Assembly: GCA_025435355.1 (NCBI GenBank)
Contig: JANJFQ010000003.1
Span: 1-51,216 of the forward strand
Origin: Candidatus Methanophagales archaeon
GTDB lineage: Archaea > Halobacteriota > Syntropharchaeia > Alkanophagales > Methanospirareceae
DNA length: 51,216 bases
Direction: 5' to 3'
This document shows, one piece after another, positions 18,256-28,168 of the stretch (the first letter of the stretch is position 1; each line of letters begins with the position of its first letter). The notes under the pieces were generated by a model. The model was not told the origin of the DNA and did not search any database. It saw nothing but the letters and a program-made list of their open reading frames with translations. Both the position numbers and the translations under genes were made by a program.

Positions 18256-19815
18256 CTAAGAAATTATCTTCTCAGGATATAATCTTTTCGCTGCTGATAA
18301 AACTTCCGCGATTTCTCTCCCCTCTTTCATTTCCGCCCCCATCTCTTCCTTATTCAGTATAAACGGCTCGTCCAGTATTATTTTCGCTTCGTTAAGCACC
18401 ATCGTTGACCAGCTAACACTTCTCACGTGTGACCCGTACCCTTTCAACATCTCAACCTTGAAAAAGTCCCTCGTATGCTCAGGTGCATTATCCAATGCAT
18501 ATTTTACTCTATCGGATAAAGAAGACCAATCAACCTGCGGCAGTTCTTTCTTTGCAAATGCCAGCGACTCCTTCGGATTGAAAAGACAACTACCTTTTGT
18601 ACTCTCTTCTTCGTCCACAATGTAGTACAGCACGCTCTCATCCAGCAATGCATACTGGTTACAAATGCTTATTCCTTCAAAGGCGCTTTTTGGCTCATAA
18701 TTCACAAGCAGTGCCAGTTTCGTCACCCAGTCTATCCCATCCACATATTCTTCCACTCGCCGAGCTTCCAGCTTCTCTATCACTTCCTCTAAACTCCTTT
18801 TACCTATTTCATCCCACTTTCCTTCTTCTCCCATCTCTTCATACATCTTCTCTATTCCCTCGAGATAAAACCGGAGAATAGAAACGGCATCTGTCATCTC
18901 CTCGTTCTTCAACTTTATCTTCCACTCGCATTCCTGTGTATCCGCTGATATTTTCTTGAATGCCCTCACCGGGTCGTCTATCTCCGGCGCATCGTCCAGG
19001 AAGCCCAATTCAAATGCACAAATTACCATCGCTTGCGCGACATCACGCAAGAAAATTGCGTATTCGGAACGAAGTGCCTCATAATGTATATCGTGCAGTC
19101 GCCAGTATTGACGTGCCGCATGAGGCTGGTCTCTCGTGTTCAAGATGCCTCTACCCGAGGTAGTGGCAAGAGAAGACTTCTGAACAACAAACATCGCTCT
19201 TGGCGAAATAACAAACTTCACCCCTTCTTTACCAATGGTGTCCCCGGAAACAACATCCCCGGACCCAGTGAACAATATTCTCGTGACGACCCAGGGTATT
19301 AGCGCTTTTTCTACACGACTCCAATCCTTGCACGCCTCTCTTTTTGTTATTATATTCCCGTGCGTAGAATAGGTCTTGGTTTTTACTTTTTTACCTTTGC
19401 CATCGCTACTACGATTGGCGACATTATTTTTATGAACAACCACTTTCTTCTTTAAAGCCAGACTTGCCTCCCTTGACCCCACAAAAGCATATATCTCTGA
19501 TGCTTTATCGTATGCCACGGCATCAAAGGGATTATTGTAAGAGGGTGTCGCTATTTCAAGATGCCCCATATCGTTATAAATCCGACAGCCGTTATCACCA
19601 TACGAAGACGTTATCCTCGATTCATGCGCTTCTTGAGATACCTCCGTAATTAGGTCCCACATTACATCCCTTGAAAATCCTCTCCTTTTTAAACCTTGAA
19701 TCGCGGCGTTAGCGAGCAGAGAAGGATTTGAAATCGCTTTTGCACTCACGGGATATTCCTGCTCTATTCCTCTTATCTTATTTTCTGTTCCTCCTTCCTT
19801 CTTTCTCGCACTCAT
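18256..19815 (-). CDS. dop: Dop-like depupylase/deamidase (Pup-ligase family)
   Basis: GIEQEY, NP.L, WD, NGCRIYND.GH.E, P.DAV..DKA, KNNV...DGKG, TGSG, L.TT..RGILNTRDQPHA, RLH resemble actinobacterial Dop. Confidence 0.8.
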   Translation of the reverse strand: MSARKKEGGTENKIRGIEQEYPVSAKAISNPSLLANAAIQGLKRRGFSRDVMWDLITEVSQEAHESRITSSYGDNGCRIYNDMGHLEIATPSYNNPFDAVAYDKASEIYAFVGSREASLALKKKVVVHKNNVANRSSDGKGKKVKTKTYSTHGNIITKREACKDWSRVEKALIPWVVTRILFTGSGDVVSGDTIGKEGVKFVISPRAMFVVQKSSLATTSGRGILNTRDQPHAARQYWRLHDIHYEALRSEYAIFLRDVAQAMVICAFELGFLDDAPEIDDPVRAFKKISADTQECEWKIKLKNEEMTDAVSILRFYLEGIEKMYEEMGEEGKWDEIGKRSLEEVIEKLEARRVEEYVDGIDWVTKLALLVNYEPKSAFEGISICNQYALLDESVLYYIVDEEESTKGSCLFNPKESLAFAKKELPQVDWSSLSDRVKYALDNAPEHTRDFFKVEMLKGYGSHVRSVSWSTMVLNEAKIILDEPFILNKEEMGAEMKEGREIAEVLSAAKRLYPEKIIS

Positions 19816-19973
19816 TAGCCTTTGTGGTAATTTTATTTTTATAAATTTTTTATCTTCGCATTCTATACCTTCCTAATTCAACAATAGTTACTGCATTCTC
19901 TAACTCTTTTACATCAAGGAGAGTTAGGAATTCTCTTAAAACTTTATCAACGCCCCAAAAACTTCATCTACCA

Positions 19974-21737
19974 TTATATCTCTTCTTCCTTTTCATTCCC
20001 CTTCTTCTCCTCTCTCCTTATCTCCTCTGCCTTCTCCTTTATACTCCCCCCATCCCACCCATCCAGTTCATCAAATCTATAAGTTTTGTTATTGGAATAC
20101 AGCAAATAGTCTAAATACGGATTCCTGACGATTCTGTTTCTTATTTCTCTGCTTATCTCCTCCTCCCAGCCCCTTATGTCCCCCTCCTCTGCAAGCAATC
20201 GCACGAGAACCTGCCTTGTTCCTTCCCCGCTCCTCCTCTCTCGCAAAAACACCACCACTGCACTTGGCATCCTCGCAAGTTCCGGATACCTCTCAAATAG
20301 CCTCGAATATTCTTCCCCAGTCGGCCTACTCACATCTATCCTTACCTTTGGCTCCCTGTTTATCGTTATCTTATTCCAGCTCAGGACAGCATTCTCGAAT
20401 TCTGACGCAAGTCTTACCCTTAGCTCGGCTCTCGAATCCTTTGGCGGGAACAATAACGCTTCCCCTATCTCCTCTTCCGTTAGTATTCGCTCCACCCCCA
20501 CCCTATCCACCACTTGCTCGTATAAGTCATAATCACAGAGATTGGCGAAATCAAACGATGCCGCTATCTCTTTCTCCACACGCTCATCCATCATGTATAT
20601 GCTCCGGTAATCAAACTTCCCCTTTGACGTGCATTTATATTCAAAATCATCTATCTCATTCTTTATCACCCATAACTTCATCACCCATTCTAAACGCCGC
20701 ACCACGTATGGGTCTTCAAGCAATCCCTGCTCGAATTTGTCACAAATCTTCTTGAACGTATCCAAAACGTATTTGTCCCAGTAAGATGTCTCTCGTTCCT
20801 CAAACAACTCCTCTATCACCGTAAGATAATAACAATTAAGATAATCAATCGCGGACTGAGTCCTCCCATTCATTAACTTTATCCGCCAATCACCTTCGGT
20901 ATTCACCGAAATATCTTTGAATGTTTGAAGCGGATTCCAGATGTCCTCTACATGCGAGATATTCCCTGTTTCTATTGCATCTATTACATACGATGTGAGG
21001 GCATTATTGAGCAGCCGTGTAACCTCAGAGCGAACACCCTCACCCGATGTAACATGGACACGATATTTATCCTTTGTACTCAACGGCTCGTCTCGTGTAG
21101 ATAATATAGGCCATTGAGAAGGCGACTCCGTGAGAACACGCTTCGAAACCATCGCTTTCGGCGAAATCACATATCTTATCCCTTCTTTTTCCGCTATAAA
21201 CCCGCCAGCGCCAAAGAATATCTTCCGAAGCACTAAAAACGGTATGAGCAAATTCTCTTTACCCGCAAATTTCTTCCTCTCCACCATGTATGATTCGTGC
21301 GTGCCCCGGCTATACCTCTTGTCTATCTCCACATTTGCTTTCCAGCATTGGATGCGTGCAGGGTTATTCCCTCTCTTCTTCAACTTTTCCCTGTATCTTT
21401 CATTTGCTTTCTCCACGCCTATCTGCATGTACAACTCCGACGCCTTATCGTATTTCAGCACCTCAAAAGCATTTCGGCATTCAGGCGTGGCTATCTCTAA
21501 GTGACCTCCAGTGCAGATGTAAATCCGAGAGCCATTTCTCAAAAAGCCATCGTTCCTCCTCCGTAACTTCGAGCATATCGCATCCGCTCCATCAAAAAAA
21601 GTATAATTCTCAAGTGCATGAATCACTTCATCCACATGATAAAATCTCGCATACCTGTACAAGCCAGGCGATTCTGAACTTATGCCCACTCTAAATTCGT
21701 GCTCTAACCCCTGCCATTTGTTCAAATCCTCCCCCAT
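19974..21737 (-). CDS. pafA: PafA-like Pup ligase homolog (divergent active site)
   Basis: GLEHEF, FLRNGSRIY..GGH.E.ATPEC, GTHESY, LIPFLV.R...GAG, STRDEP, YRVHV; ATG at 21737 is 1 nt past the ATPase stop. Confidence 0.75.
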   Translation of the reverse strand: MGEDLNKWQGLEHEFRVGISSESPGLYRYARFYHVDEVIHALENYTFFDGADAICSKLRRRNDGFLRNGSRIYICTGGHLEIATPECRNAFEVLKYDKASELYMQIGVEKANERYREKLKKRGNNPARIQCWKANVEIDKRYSRGTHESYMVERKKFAGKENLLIPFLVLRKIFFGAGGFIAEKEGIRYVISPKAMVSKRVLTESPSQWPILSTRDEPLSTKDKYRVHVTSGEGVRSEVTRLLNNALTSYVIDAIETGNISHVEDIWNPLQTFKDISVNTEGDWRIKLMNGRTQSAIDYLNCYYLTVIEELFEERETSYWDKYVLDTFKKICDKFEQGLLEDPYVVRRLEWVMKLWVIKNEIDDFEYKCTSKGKFDYRSIYMMDERVEKEIAASFDFANLCDYDLYEQVVDRVGVERILTEEEIGEALLFPPKDSRAELRVRLASEFENAVLSWNKITINREPKVRIDVSRPTGEEYSRLFERYPELARMPSAVVVFLRERRSGEGTRQVLVRLLAEEGDIRGWEEEISREIRNRIVRNPYLDYLLYSNNKTYRFDELDGWDGGSIKEKAEEIRREEKKGNEKEEEI

Positions 21738-21738
21738 T

Positions 21739-23373
21739 TTAAAAATGCATTCCCGTTTCTTCTTCCGGCATTCCCTCATACCCTGATGCTAATATCTCCT
21801 CCGCTCTTCTCTGCACAAACTTGTCAAATCCCTCTTTTAGGTGTCCCATGCTCACCCCTATATCCTCTATGCGTTTATACTTCTTCTGCAAATCATTCGT
21901 CTTGCTTCCCGCATCTAATATCACTTCAATTCTTTCATTATCCCACATTCTCTTCATATCCCCACTGCTGATATCTCCTTTTTTCAACATTAGCAATGTC
22001 CTCTCCTCCAATGCCTTATCCCTCGCATAGTTGAATATCTGGGCTATAAACCGCCCGGTTATCGTATCCGCCCTCCTTATCCGCCCTATTTCCGTCTCAA
22101 CATAAGTATCACTGTACATATAGCCGACCATCTCCCTAACCAGATACGCCCTCGCCTCTTCTTCTCCACCCCTTTCCTTTACCAGGTAGCAGTCAATAGG
22201 AATATTTTTAGCATATAAGGAGGCAATGGAATATGCAGCTTCCTTATCAGGTGCTGGAACCTCAATTATCTTGTCAAATCTCGCCCTGAATGCGGAATCT
22301 ATAAGATACAACCTGTTCGTCGCTCCTATCACCGTAAGGTGTGGATGCAGAGCATGGAAACCCTCCAACAGGTCCAGTAGTTGCCCGGTAACTCTCTCCG
22401 GCGCTCCCGAGGAACCTGTGTACATGCCCCTTTCCTGTGCTAACGCATCTATCTCGTCAAAGAAGATTACACCATAGTCATTTTCCCCTTCCTCTAATTT
22501 AGCGTTCGCAGTCTTGAACACCATTCTCACATTCTTCTCTGATTCGCCAAGCCACATGCTGAAAAGCTCTCCTGCTCCTACCTTCATAAATTCACAATTC
22601 GGTAATGCGGATGCCAACGCCTTTGCACACATCGTTTTCCCGCATCCTGGCGAACCATACAGAAGTATCTTTCTCGAACCTTCTCCATATTTTGTGTAAT
22701 CGTCAGGATTTATCATCGGAAGAACAATGCTCTTTATTAATTCCTGTTTTACCTCCTTCAAGCCCCCAATGTCATTAAAACTCACCTCAGGGCTCTTCGT
22801 GACTTCATAGCGGGAGAATTCCTTTGTCTTGTAACTCTTCTTTATGTCAAACGTGCCGGGGAGAAGTCCTACCTTCATCCCCTCTTTTATCTCTTCCTTC
22901 TCTTCTTCTCTTAGCTTTTTATATAATCTACCACGTCCTTTTCCCGTGGATATTTCAACTATCCATTCATCTTCAGTGTCGTCCTTCCTCAACTCCTCTA
23001 TCTCCCCCACCTCTAAATCCACCATCCGGTCATATACCTTCGTGATTCCTATGGTAAATCCACTGGGGTTATTCCTATCCGGGATGCGCCCTATGAAGAC
23101 ATATTTCCCTTCTTGTAGCTCCCTTATTTCTTCCTCAGTAAGCGTTCCGTATGGCAAAGCCTTTAACGCACCATTCAAATTCACGATGGCGCCCTCATCA
23201 GTCTTTTCCACTACGAATCCACAGTCTAAAGGCGGTGACCTCGCTTTTGACACAAGTTTCTCCAAATCAGCTTTATACGCTTCTGTCTCCTCGTATTTCC
23301 TCCTCAACCGCCGGTAGTCACTCTCTAACCGTTCATATTCGTATCTTGGAATATAGTCCACCCTTTCTCCCAT
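21739..23373 (-). CDS. arc: ARC/Mpa-like proteasome-associated AAA+ ATPase
   Basis: N-terminal coiled coil ending SPP, long (probably double OB) interdomain, DIGGL, GSPGCGKT, IFFDEID, GATNR, ITG..IA.I, C-terminal TGMHF; heads the pafA-dop-pup operon. Confidence 0.8.
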   Translation of the reverse strand: MGERVDYIPRYEYERLESDYRRLRRKYEETEAYKADLEKLVSKARSPPLDCGFVVEKTDEGAIVNLNGALKALPYGTLTEEEIRELQEGKYVFIGRIPDRNNPSGFTIGITKVYDRMVDLEVGEIEELRKDDTEDEWIVEISTGKGRGRLYKKLREEEKEEIKEGMKVGLLPGTFDIKKSYKTKEFSRYEVTKSPEVSFNDIGGLKEVKQELIKSIVLPMINPDDYTKYGEGSRKILLYGSPGCGKTMCAKALASALPNCEFMKVGAGELFSMWLGESEKNVRMVFKTANAKLEEGENDYGVIFFDEIDALAQERGMYTGSSGAPERVTGQLLDLLEGFHALHPHLTVIGATNRLYLIDSAFRARFDKIIEVPAPDKEAAYSIASLYAKNIPIDCYLVKERGGEEEARAYLVREMVGYMYSDTYVETEIGRIRRADTITGRFIAQIFNYARDKALEERTLLMLKKGDISSGDMKRMWDNERIEVILDAGSKTNDLQKKYKRIEDIGVSMGHLKEGFDKFVQRRAEEILASGYEGMPEEETGMHF

Positions 23374-23492
23374 GTTTAATCCCCTTTTACAATATAAGAA
23401 TTGATTTTATAAAAATGCGATACCTCGCTCTTGTTTTTACATAATTATATTTATAATATATAGATAGATAAATAGATGCTGGATGAGGAACG

Positions 23493-24551
23493 ATGAAAGA
23501 GGAGAAAAGAAAAATACAGCTCACAGGCGGTTCAACTCTCACTATATCGCTACCTATAAAATGGGCGAGAGAAGCGGGTTTAAAGCAAGGAGATGAGCTC
23601 TCTTTAATCCAACGCAGTGATAACTCCCTCGTCATAACACCGGAGAAGAAGGAAAAAGACCAGATAAAATCCGCTGAGTTCGAGTTCTCGGAGGAAGAAA
23701 GCTTTGAAGACAACTTCAGGTATCTTATCGCTTATTACCTCGTTGGATACGACCTCGTAAAGCTTTTATCTCCCAACGGTTTCGGGGCTGAAGAAAGGAA
23801 GAGGATAAAGGAGGAGGTGAGGAAGAGGCTGATAGGCATGGAGGTCGTTGGAGAATCGTCAAGGGAAATAGCACTCCAAAGCTTTTTAAAATACGAAGAT
23901 TTTACACTTAGAGATGCGATACGGAGCATGTCTGAAATAATATTGTCAATGCATGCAGATGCGATTTCTTCGCTCAAAGAAAGCGACGCGAACCTTGCGG
24001 AAGATGTTATAGAGCGCGATAACGAGATAGACAGATTTTATTTACTTATTGTAAGGCAGCTCAAAGCTGCGATGAGCGACCCCGATCTTGCAAGGAAGAT
24101 AGGCGTGGGCAGGCAGCGCGACAGCCTGGGATACAGGATAATAGCAAAGTGCATGGAGAGGATAGGCGACCATGTAGAGAATATAGCGAAGAATTCCTGG
24201 ATGATAAATCCAAAAAGCACCGTATCGGGACCTGTATCCTTCGGGGGCAAAAGCTTAGAAGGCATAAAGGAAATCGGCTTCCGTGCCGAAAACCTGTTCA
24301 ATAAGACTCTGGCTTCCTTATCGAATACGAATATGAAAGAGGCGAATGAAGCGATAAGGGATGCAAATGCGCTGATAAATAAGTTAGAGGGAATAAATGA
24401 GCGGGTTCTGGCAGAAGAGCTGAGTATTACAGATAAAATACACGTTCTTTCTATCCTGGAGAGTTTGGGAAGAATAGCGAAGTATTGCACAGATATAGCA
24501 GAGGTAACGATAAATAGGGGGACAAAAATAGCAGGAGAATTGGAGTTTTAA
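23493..24551 (+). CDS. Phosphate uptake regulator (AbrB + PhoU domains)
   Basis: RKIQLTGGST..ISLP..W, YL.GYD, D.EIDRFY.L..RQL, ERIGDH. Confidence 0.9.
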   Translation: MKEEKRKIQLTGGSTLTISLPIKWAREAGLKQGDELSLIQRSDNSLVITPEKKEKDQIKSAEFEFSEEESFEDNFRYLIAYYLVGYDLVKLLSPNGFGAEERKRIKEEVRKRLIGMEVVGESSREIALQSFLKYEDFTLRDAIRSMSEIILSMHADAISSLKESDANLAEDVIERDNEIDRFYLLIVRQLKAAMSDPDLARKIGVGRQRDSLGYRIIAKCMERIGDHVENIAKNSWMINPKSTVSGPVSFGGKSLEGIKEIGFRAENLFNKTLASLSNTNMKEANEAIRDANALINKLEGINERVLAEELSITDKIHVLSILESLGRIAKYCTDIAEVTINRGTKIAGELEF

Positions 24552-24554
24552 GAT

Positions 24555-25898
24555 ATGTTAGAGAAGTTAAGCAGTTCGCTGAAGGAAACGATTCGGAAGA
24601 TAGCGATGGCGAAGAAGATAGACAAGCGTACGGTTGACGAGCTAGTGCGGGACATACAGCGGGCTTTGATTCAGGCAGACGTTAAGATTTCACTGGTGAA
24701 GGAGCTTTCGGATCGCATAAGAGAGCGCAGTTTGAAAGAGAAGATGGTGTTGAATCCGAGGGAGCACGTGATTAAGGTGGTCTATGAGGAGTTGATGAAC
24801 ATCATAGGAAAGAGCGTGGAAGTGCCTTTAGCCCCTCAGAAGATAATGATGGTGGGTTTGCATGGTACGGGAAAAACGTCATCATGTGCGAAACTTGCGA
24901 GGTATTTTCAAAAGAAGGGGTTAAAGCCTGCGGTTATCTGCGCTGACGTGTATAGACCAGCGGCATCCGACCAGTTAAGGCAACTGTGTGATAAAATAGG
25001 CGTTCCGTTTTACGACGGCGCGAATCTACCGGAAGGAAAAGATGTGATGCGCATAGTGAATGCAGGAATGAAAGAATTTGAGAAGTATGACGTTAAGATA
25101 GTGGATACCGCGGGAAGGCATGCTCTCGAGGAAGACATGATAGAAGAGATAAGAGAGATAGAAGAGATGATAAAGTCGGAACAGAGATTTCTTGTTCTGG
25201 ATGCGAGCATAGGGCAGCAGGCATCAGTGCAGGCGCGGGCTTTTGACGATGCAAGTGGAATTACCGGCATAATTATAACCAAGATGGATGGAACTGCGAA
25301 AGGAGGTGGTGCGCTTTCTGCGGTATCGGAGACGAATTCTGGAGTTGCATTTATAGGCACGGGGGAAAAGGTAGATGATTTTGAGAAATTTGAATCCGAT
25401 GGGTTCATCTCACGGTTGCTCGGGATGGGCGACATAAAGTCATTGATAGAGATGGCGGAGGAGAGTTTAAAGCCCGAGGATGTTGACGTTGACCTCTTAA
25501 AAGGGAAATTCACGTTAAATGTTTTGTATAAGCAGTTAGAAGCGGTGAAGAAAATGGGACCTTTGAAGAAATTAATGCAAATGATGCCATTAGGTGGGCT
25601 TGACATTGATTTCGACGATCAGATGTATCAAATTACGGAGGATAAATTGAAAACATTCAAGGCGATGATGGATTCGATGACGGTGGAAGAGCTGAACGAG
25701 CCGAAGATAATAGGTGGGTCGAGGTCAAGAAGAATAGCGAGGGGTTCGGGCACGACAACCGCGGAGGTAAACGAGCTGCTAAAATATCATCGGCTGATGC
25801 AAAAGATGATGAAGAGTTTAAGCACGGGAAGAGGAATGGGGAAAATACCGATGATGAAAGGGATGCCAATAGGTAAGATGATGAAGAGGATGAAGTGA
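24555..25898 (+). CDS. srp54: Signal recognition particle protein SRP54
   Basis: [28 protein letters not shown]-domain MDSMT..EL..P, RIARGSG. Confidence 0.97.
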   Translation: MLEKLSSSLKETIRKIAMAKKIDKRTVDELVRDIQRALIQADVKISLVKELSDRIRERSLKEKMVLNPREHVIKVVYEELMNIIGKSVEVPLAPQKIMMVGLHGTGKTSSCAKLARYFQKKGLKPAVICADVYRPAASDQLRQLCDKIGVPFYDGANLPEGKDVMRIVNAGMKEFEKYDVKIVDTAGRHALEEDMIEEIREIEEMIKSEQRFLVLDASIGQQASVQARAFDDASGITGIIITKMDGTAKGGGALSAVSETNSGVAFIGTGEKVDDFEKFESDGFISRLLGMGDIKSLIEMAEESLKPEDVDVDLLKGKFTLNVLYKQLEAVKKMGPLKKLMQMMPLGGLDIDFDDQMYQITEDKLKTFKAMMDSMTVEELNEPKIIGGSRSRRIARGSGTTTAEVNELLKYHRLMQKMMKSLSTGRGMGKIPMMKGMPIGKMMKRMK

Positions 25899-25901
25899 AT
25901 G

Positions 25902-26076
25902 TAGTCATTCCAGTAATAAATTGCAAGTAATAAACCACGCGATTTCACGAGATTAACACAAGAAAAGGAGGTTTATAGGTGGCAAAATCACCGATGGAAC
26001 ACTGAAACCAGATTCCTATTATTGTTCTCTCGTGAAAATCTGTGTGATCTTGTGGTTATAATTTTCGGAATGACTA
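25902..26076. mobile_element. Putative MITE (about 175 bp) with terminal inverted repeat TAGTCATTCC/GGAATGACTA
   Basis: Exact 10-bp TIR with outer TA, plus subterminal inverted arrays aaccacgcgatttcacgagatt / ctcgtgaaaatctgtgtgatcttgtggtt; between convergent srp54 and sppA. Confidence 0.6.
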
Positions 26077-26140
26077 TAGAAAAGCCACCCAGAACTCGCT
26101 TTGTTCAATTAAAAACTGCTGAATTCCTCGACTGAGACAT

Positions 26141-27085
26141 TCACCACCCCAAATCTACTCGCGGCTTTCCTGCTTCTAAAAATGTTTCGGCTATTCCATG
26201 GCCGAGTTCTCTGGCAAATACGCCAAATAACGACTCAAAAGGTGCTTTTCTTCCGTATTCAACGACTCTTGGCTTCCCTTCGATTCCTGCCATTTCCGCT
26301 GCGAGGTCAACGGCATCCTGAAAATTACCCAACTCATCTACCAACCCCATCTCTTTTGCCTGCCTGCCCGTGAGGATTCTGCCATCGGCAAGCTCTAAGA
26401 CCTCTCTCTCGTTCATCTGTCTTCCTTCCGCTACTGCTCGAACGAACTGAAAATAGATATCATCAATCATTTCCTGAAGGATTTCCCGCTCTTTTTCAGT
26501 CATATTTCTAAGCGGTGACCCGATGTCTTTATATTTACCGCTTTTAATGACATTAGCGCGTATCCCATACTTCTCAAGCAGCTCAGAGTACTGCAACTGT
26601 GAAAAAATCGCACCAATGCTCCCGGTTATTGTCCCGGGATTCGCAACTATTTTGTCTGACGCACAGGCAACGTAATACCCACCAGAAGTGGCTACATCGC
26701 TCATCGAAGTCACAACTACCTTCCCATTTTCTCGTGCTTTACACACCTCTTCGTGCAATTCTTGAGATGCAGCAGCGCTTCCACCAGGGCTATTTATCCT
26801 GAGTATGATTGCCTTTACAGAGGGGTCTTCGCCCGCACGTTTTATCTGCTTTGCAATATCGTCTGCACCTGATTCCGAACCAAATAGCCCAAGTCCACCT
26901 CTGCCACCCACGATTGCACCTTCAATGCTGATTATTGCTATTTTATCACCGCCTATACCACCGCTATCAAAAGGAGTTTTCGCTATAATAGCAATTCCGA
27001 GCACTGTGGAAATCAAACAAAGAGCTAATAGGAGCAAGGCAATGACCTTTTTTTTCTTTCCCATCACCGATTTAATGCTCTCCAT
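26141..27085 (-). CDS. sppA: Signal peptide peptidase SppA (36K type)
   Basis: INSPGGS, A.SGGYY, TGSIG, KSGKYKD, GLVDELG. Confidence 0.95.
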   Translation of the reverse strand: MESIKSVMGKKKKVIALLLLALCLISTVLGIAIIAKTPFDSGGIGGDKIAIISIEGAIVGGRGGLGLFGSESGADDIAKQIKRAGEDPSVKAIILRINSPGGSAAASQELHEEVCKARENGKVVVTSMSDVATSGGYYVACASDKIVANPGTITGSIGAIFSQLQYSELLEKYGIRANVIKSGKYKDIGSPLRNMTEKEREILQEMIDDIYFQFVRAVAEGRQMNEREVLELADGRILTGRQAKEMGLVDELGNFQDAVDLAAEMAGIEGKPRVVEYGRKAPFESLFGVFARELGHGIAETFLEAGKPRVDLGW

Positions 27086-27103
27086 TTAAACTCCTCCATA
27101 TAA

Positions 27104-27727
27104 TTATATCCCCAACATCAAAAAAATAGCAATTACGACTATAAACACCAGCACTATAAGAACCACAAATGGAAGAACGAGAGTTGCAATTGCCCTACCC
27201 GTTGAGAACTTATGTGCCTCTCTAATTGCGAGAACGTCCAGTATCAAAATCCAGATCGCTAAAATACCGCCCAAACCGATAGATATGAAGGCTCCCGCTA
27301 AACTACCAGAAAGTATGGAGATTAAACCAACTGGGGCTTGGAATATGTTTGGAAGCATAGCAAAACCCATTAGAACCAACATTTCTGTGAAAGCACCCTT
27401 TCCTCCAAGCATCTTTGCTACCACGTGAAGTATGCCCGCGATAACGACCCAGCCAATAAATCCGCTAACCACGCTTAAAATTATGGATGCAGCCGGTGAG
27501 AGCATCACTACTTCAAAACCCGGAGCAGCAGGTTCAAAACCCGGAAACTCTGCAAACATGGACATGAACACGCTTTGCGTTAATATGCTTCCTACTCCAC
27601 TACAAATACATGCAATTAGAACTATTATAGCTGCGATTGTTACTGATGTTCTCTCTTCTAACATTCGTCTAAATGAAGCAGCAGGGCTGAAAAAAGTCCC
27701 GGAAATATTTTCGAGCAAATCAGTCAT
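27104..27727 (-). CDS. Yip1 family membrane protein
   Basis: F.SP...F, 5 TM segments, LGGKG.F, AIREAH.FSTGRA. Confidence 0.85.
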   Translation of the reverse strand: MTDLLENISGTFFSPAASFRRMLEERTSVTIAAIIVLIACICSGVGSILTQSVFMSMFAEFPGFEPAAPGFEVVMLSPAASIILSVVSGFIGWVVIAGILHVVAKMLGGKGAFTEMLVLMGFAMLPNIFQAPVGLISILSGSLAGAFISIGLGGILAIWILILDVLAIREAHKFSTGRAIATLVLPFVVLIVLVFIVVIAIFLMLGI

Positions 27728-27825
27728 TTATTTTATCTCCTCTCCTTAGCACATTCATCCTTTATCGCCTGAGCCATCTCCTCATTGTAATTGCAAAATG
27801 CAGAATGCAAATTGAAAAATACATC

Positions 27826-28161
27826 TCATCTATGTTTTGCCTTCTTTCTTCCAAATAAAGAAGGTAAATGGATTGCGTAAGAACCCCCCTCCTTTATCCC
27901 CATTACTATCTCCTTCCTCTCTAATAACGCATCCAGATTGAGTTCATATACGCCAGGGCTCAGGATCCTTAAGCTTTCTATCTTCTCCCACTCTAAGGGC
28001 ACCTTTTCTTCTATTTTTATCCGGTCCACCAAATCCGCTGCTTTTATATCTTCTCCTTCTCTTATATACAGAAAAAGATTCCCCCCACACTCCGGACAAC
28101 CCCCCAACATCTCTTCCACCATCTTTTCAAATTTCTTCCCGCATCTCAGACACTTATGCAT
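27826..28161 (-). CDS. oapC: Zn-ribbon protein (DUF2072, OapC-like)
   Basis: HKCLRCG...GCPECGG..F, IES.RI..PG.YELNL. Confidence 0.85.
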   Translation of the reverse strand: MHKCLRCGKKFEKMVEEMLGGCPECGGNLFLYIREGEDIKAADLVDRIKIEEKVPLEWEKIESLRILSPGVYELNLDALLERKEIVMGIKEGGSYAIHLPSLFGRKKAKHR

Positions 28162-28168
28162 TTTTAGT

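Noticed and set aside
21739-23373. Ordinary PAN or Cdc48
   Set aside because: Single AAA module, long interdomain and operon coupling to PafA/Dop homologs fit ARC/Mpa better.
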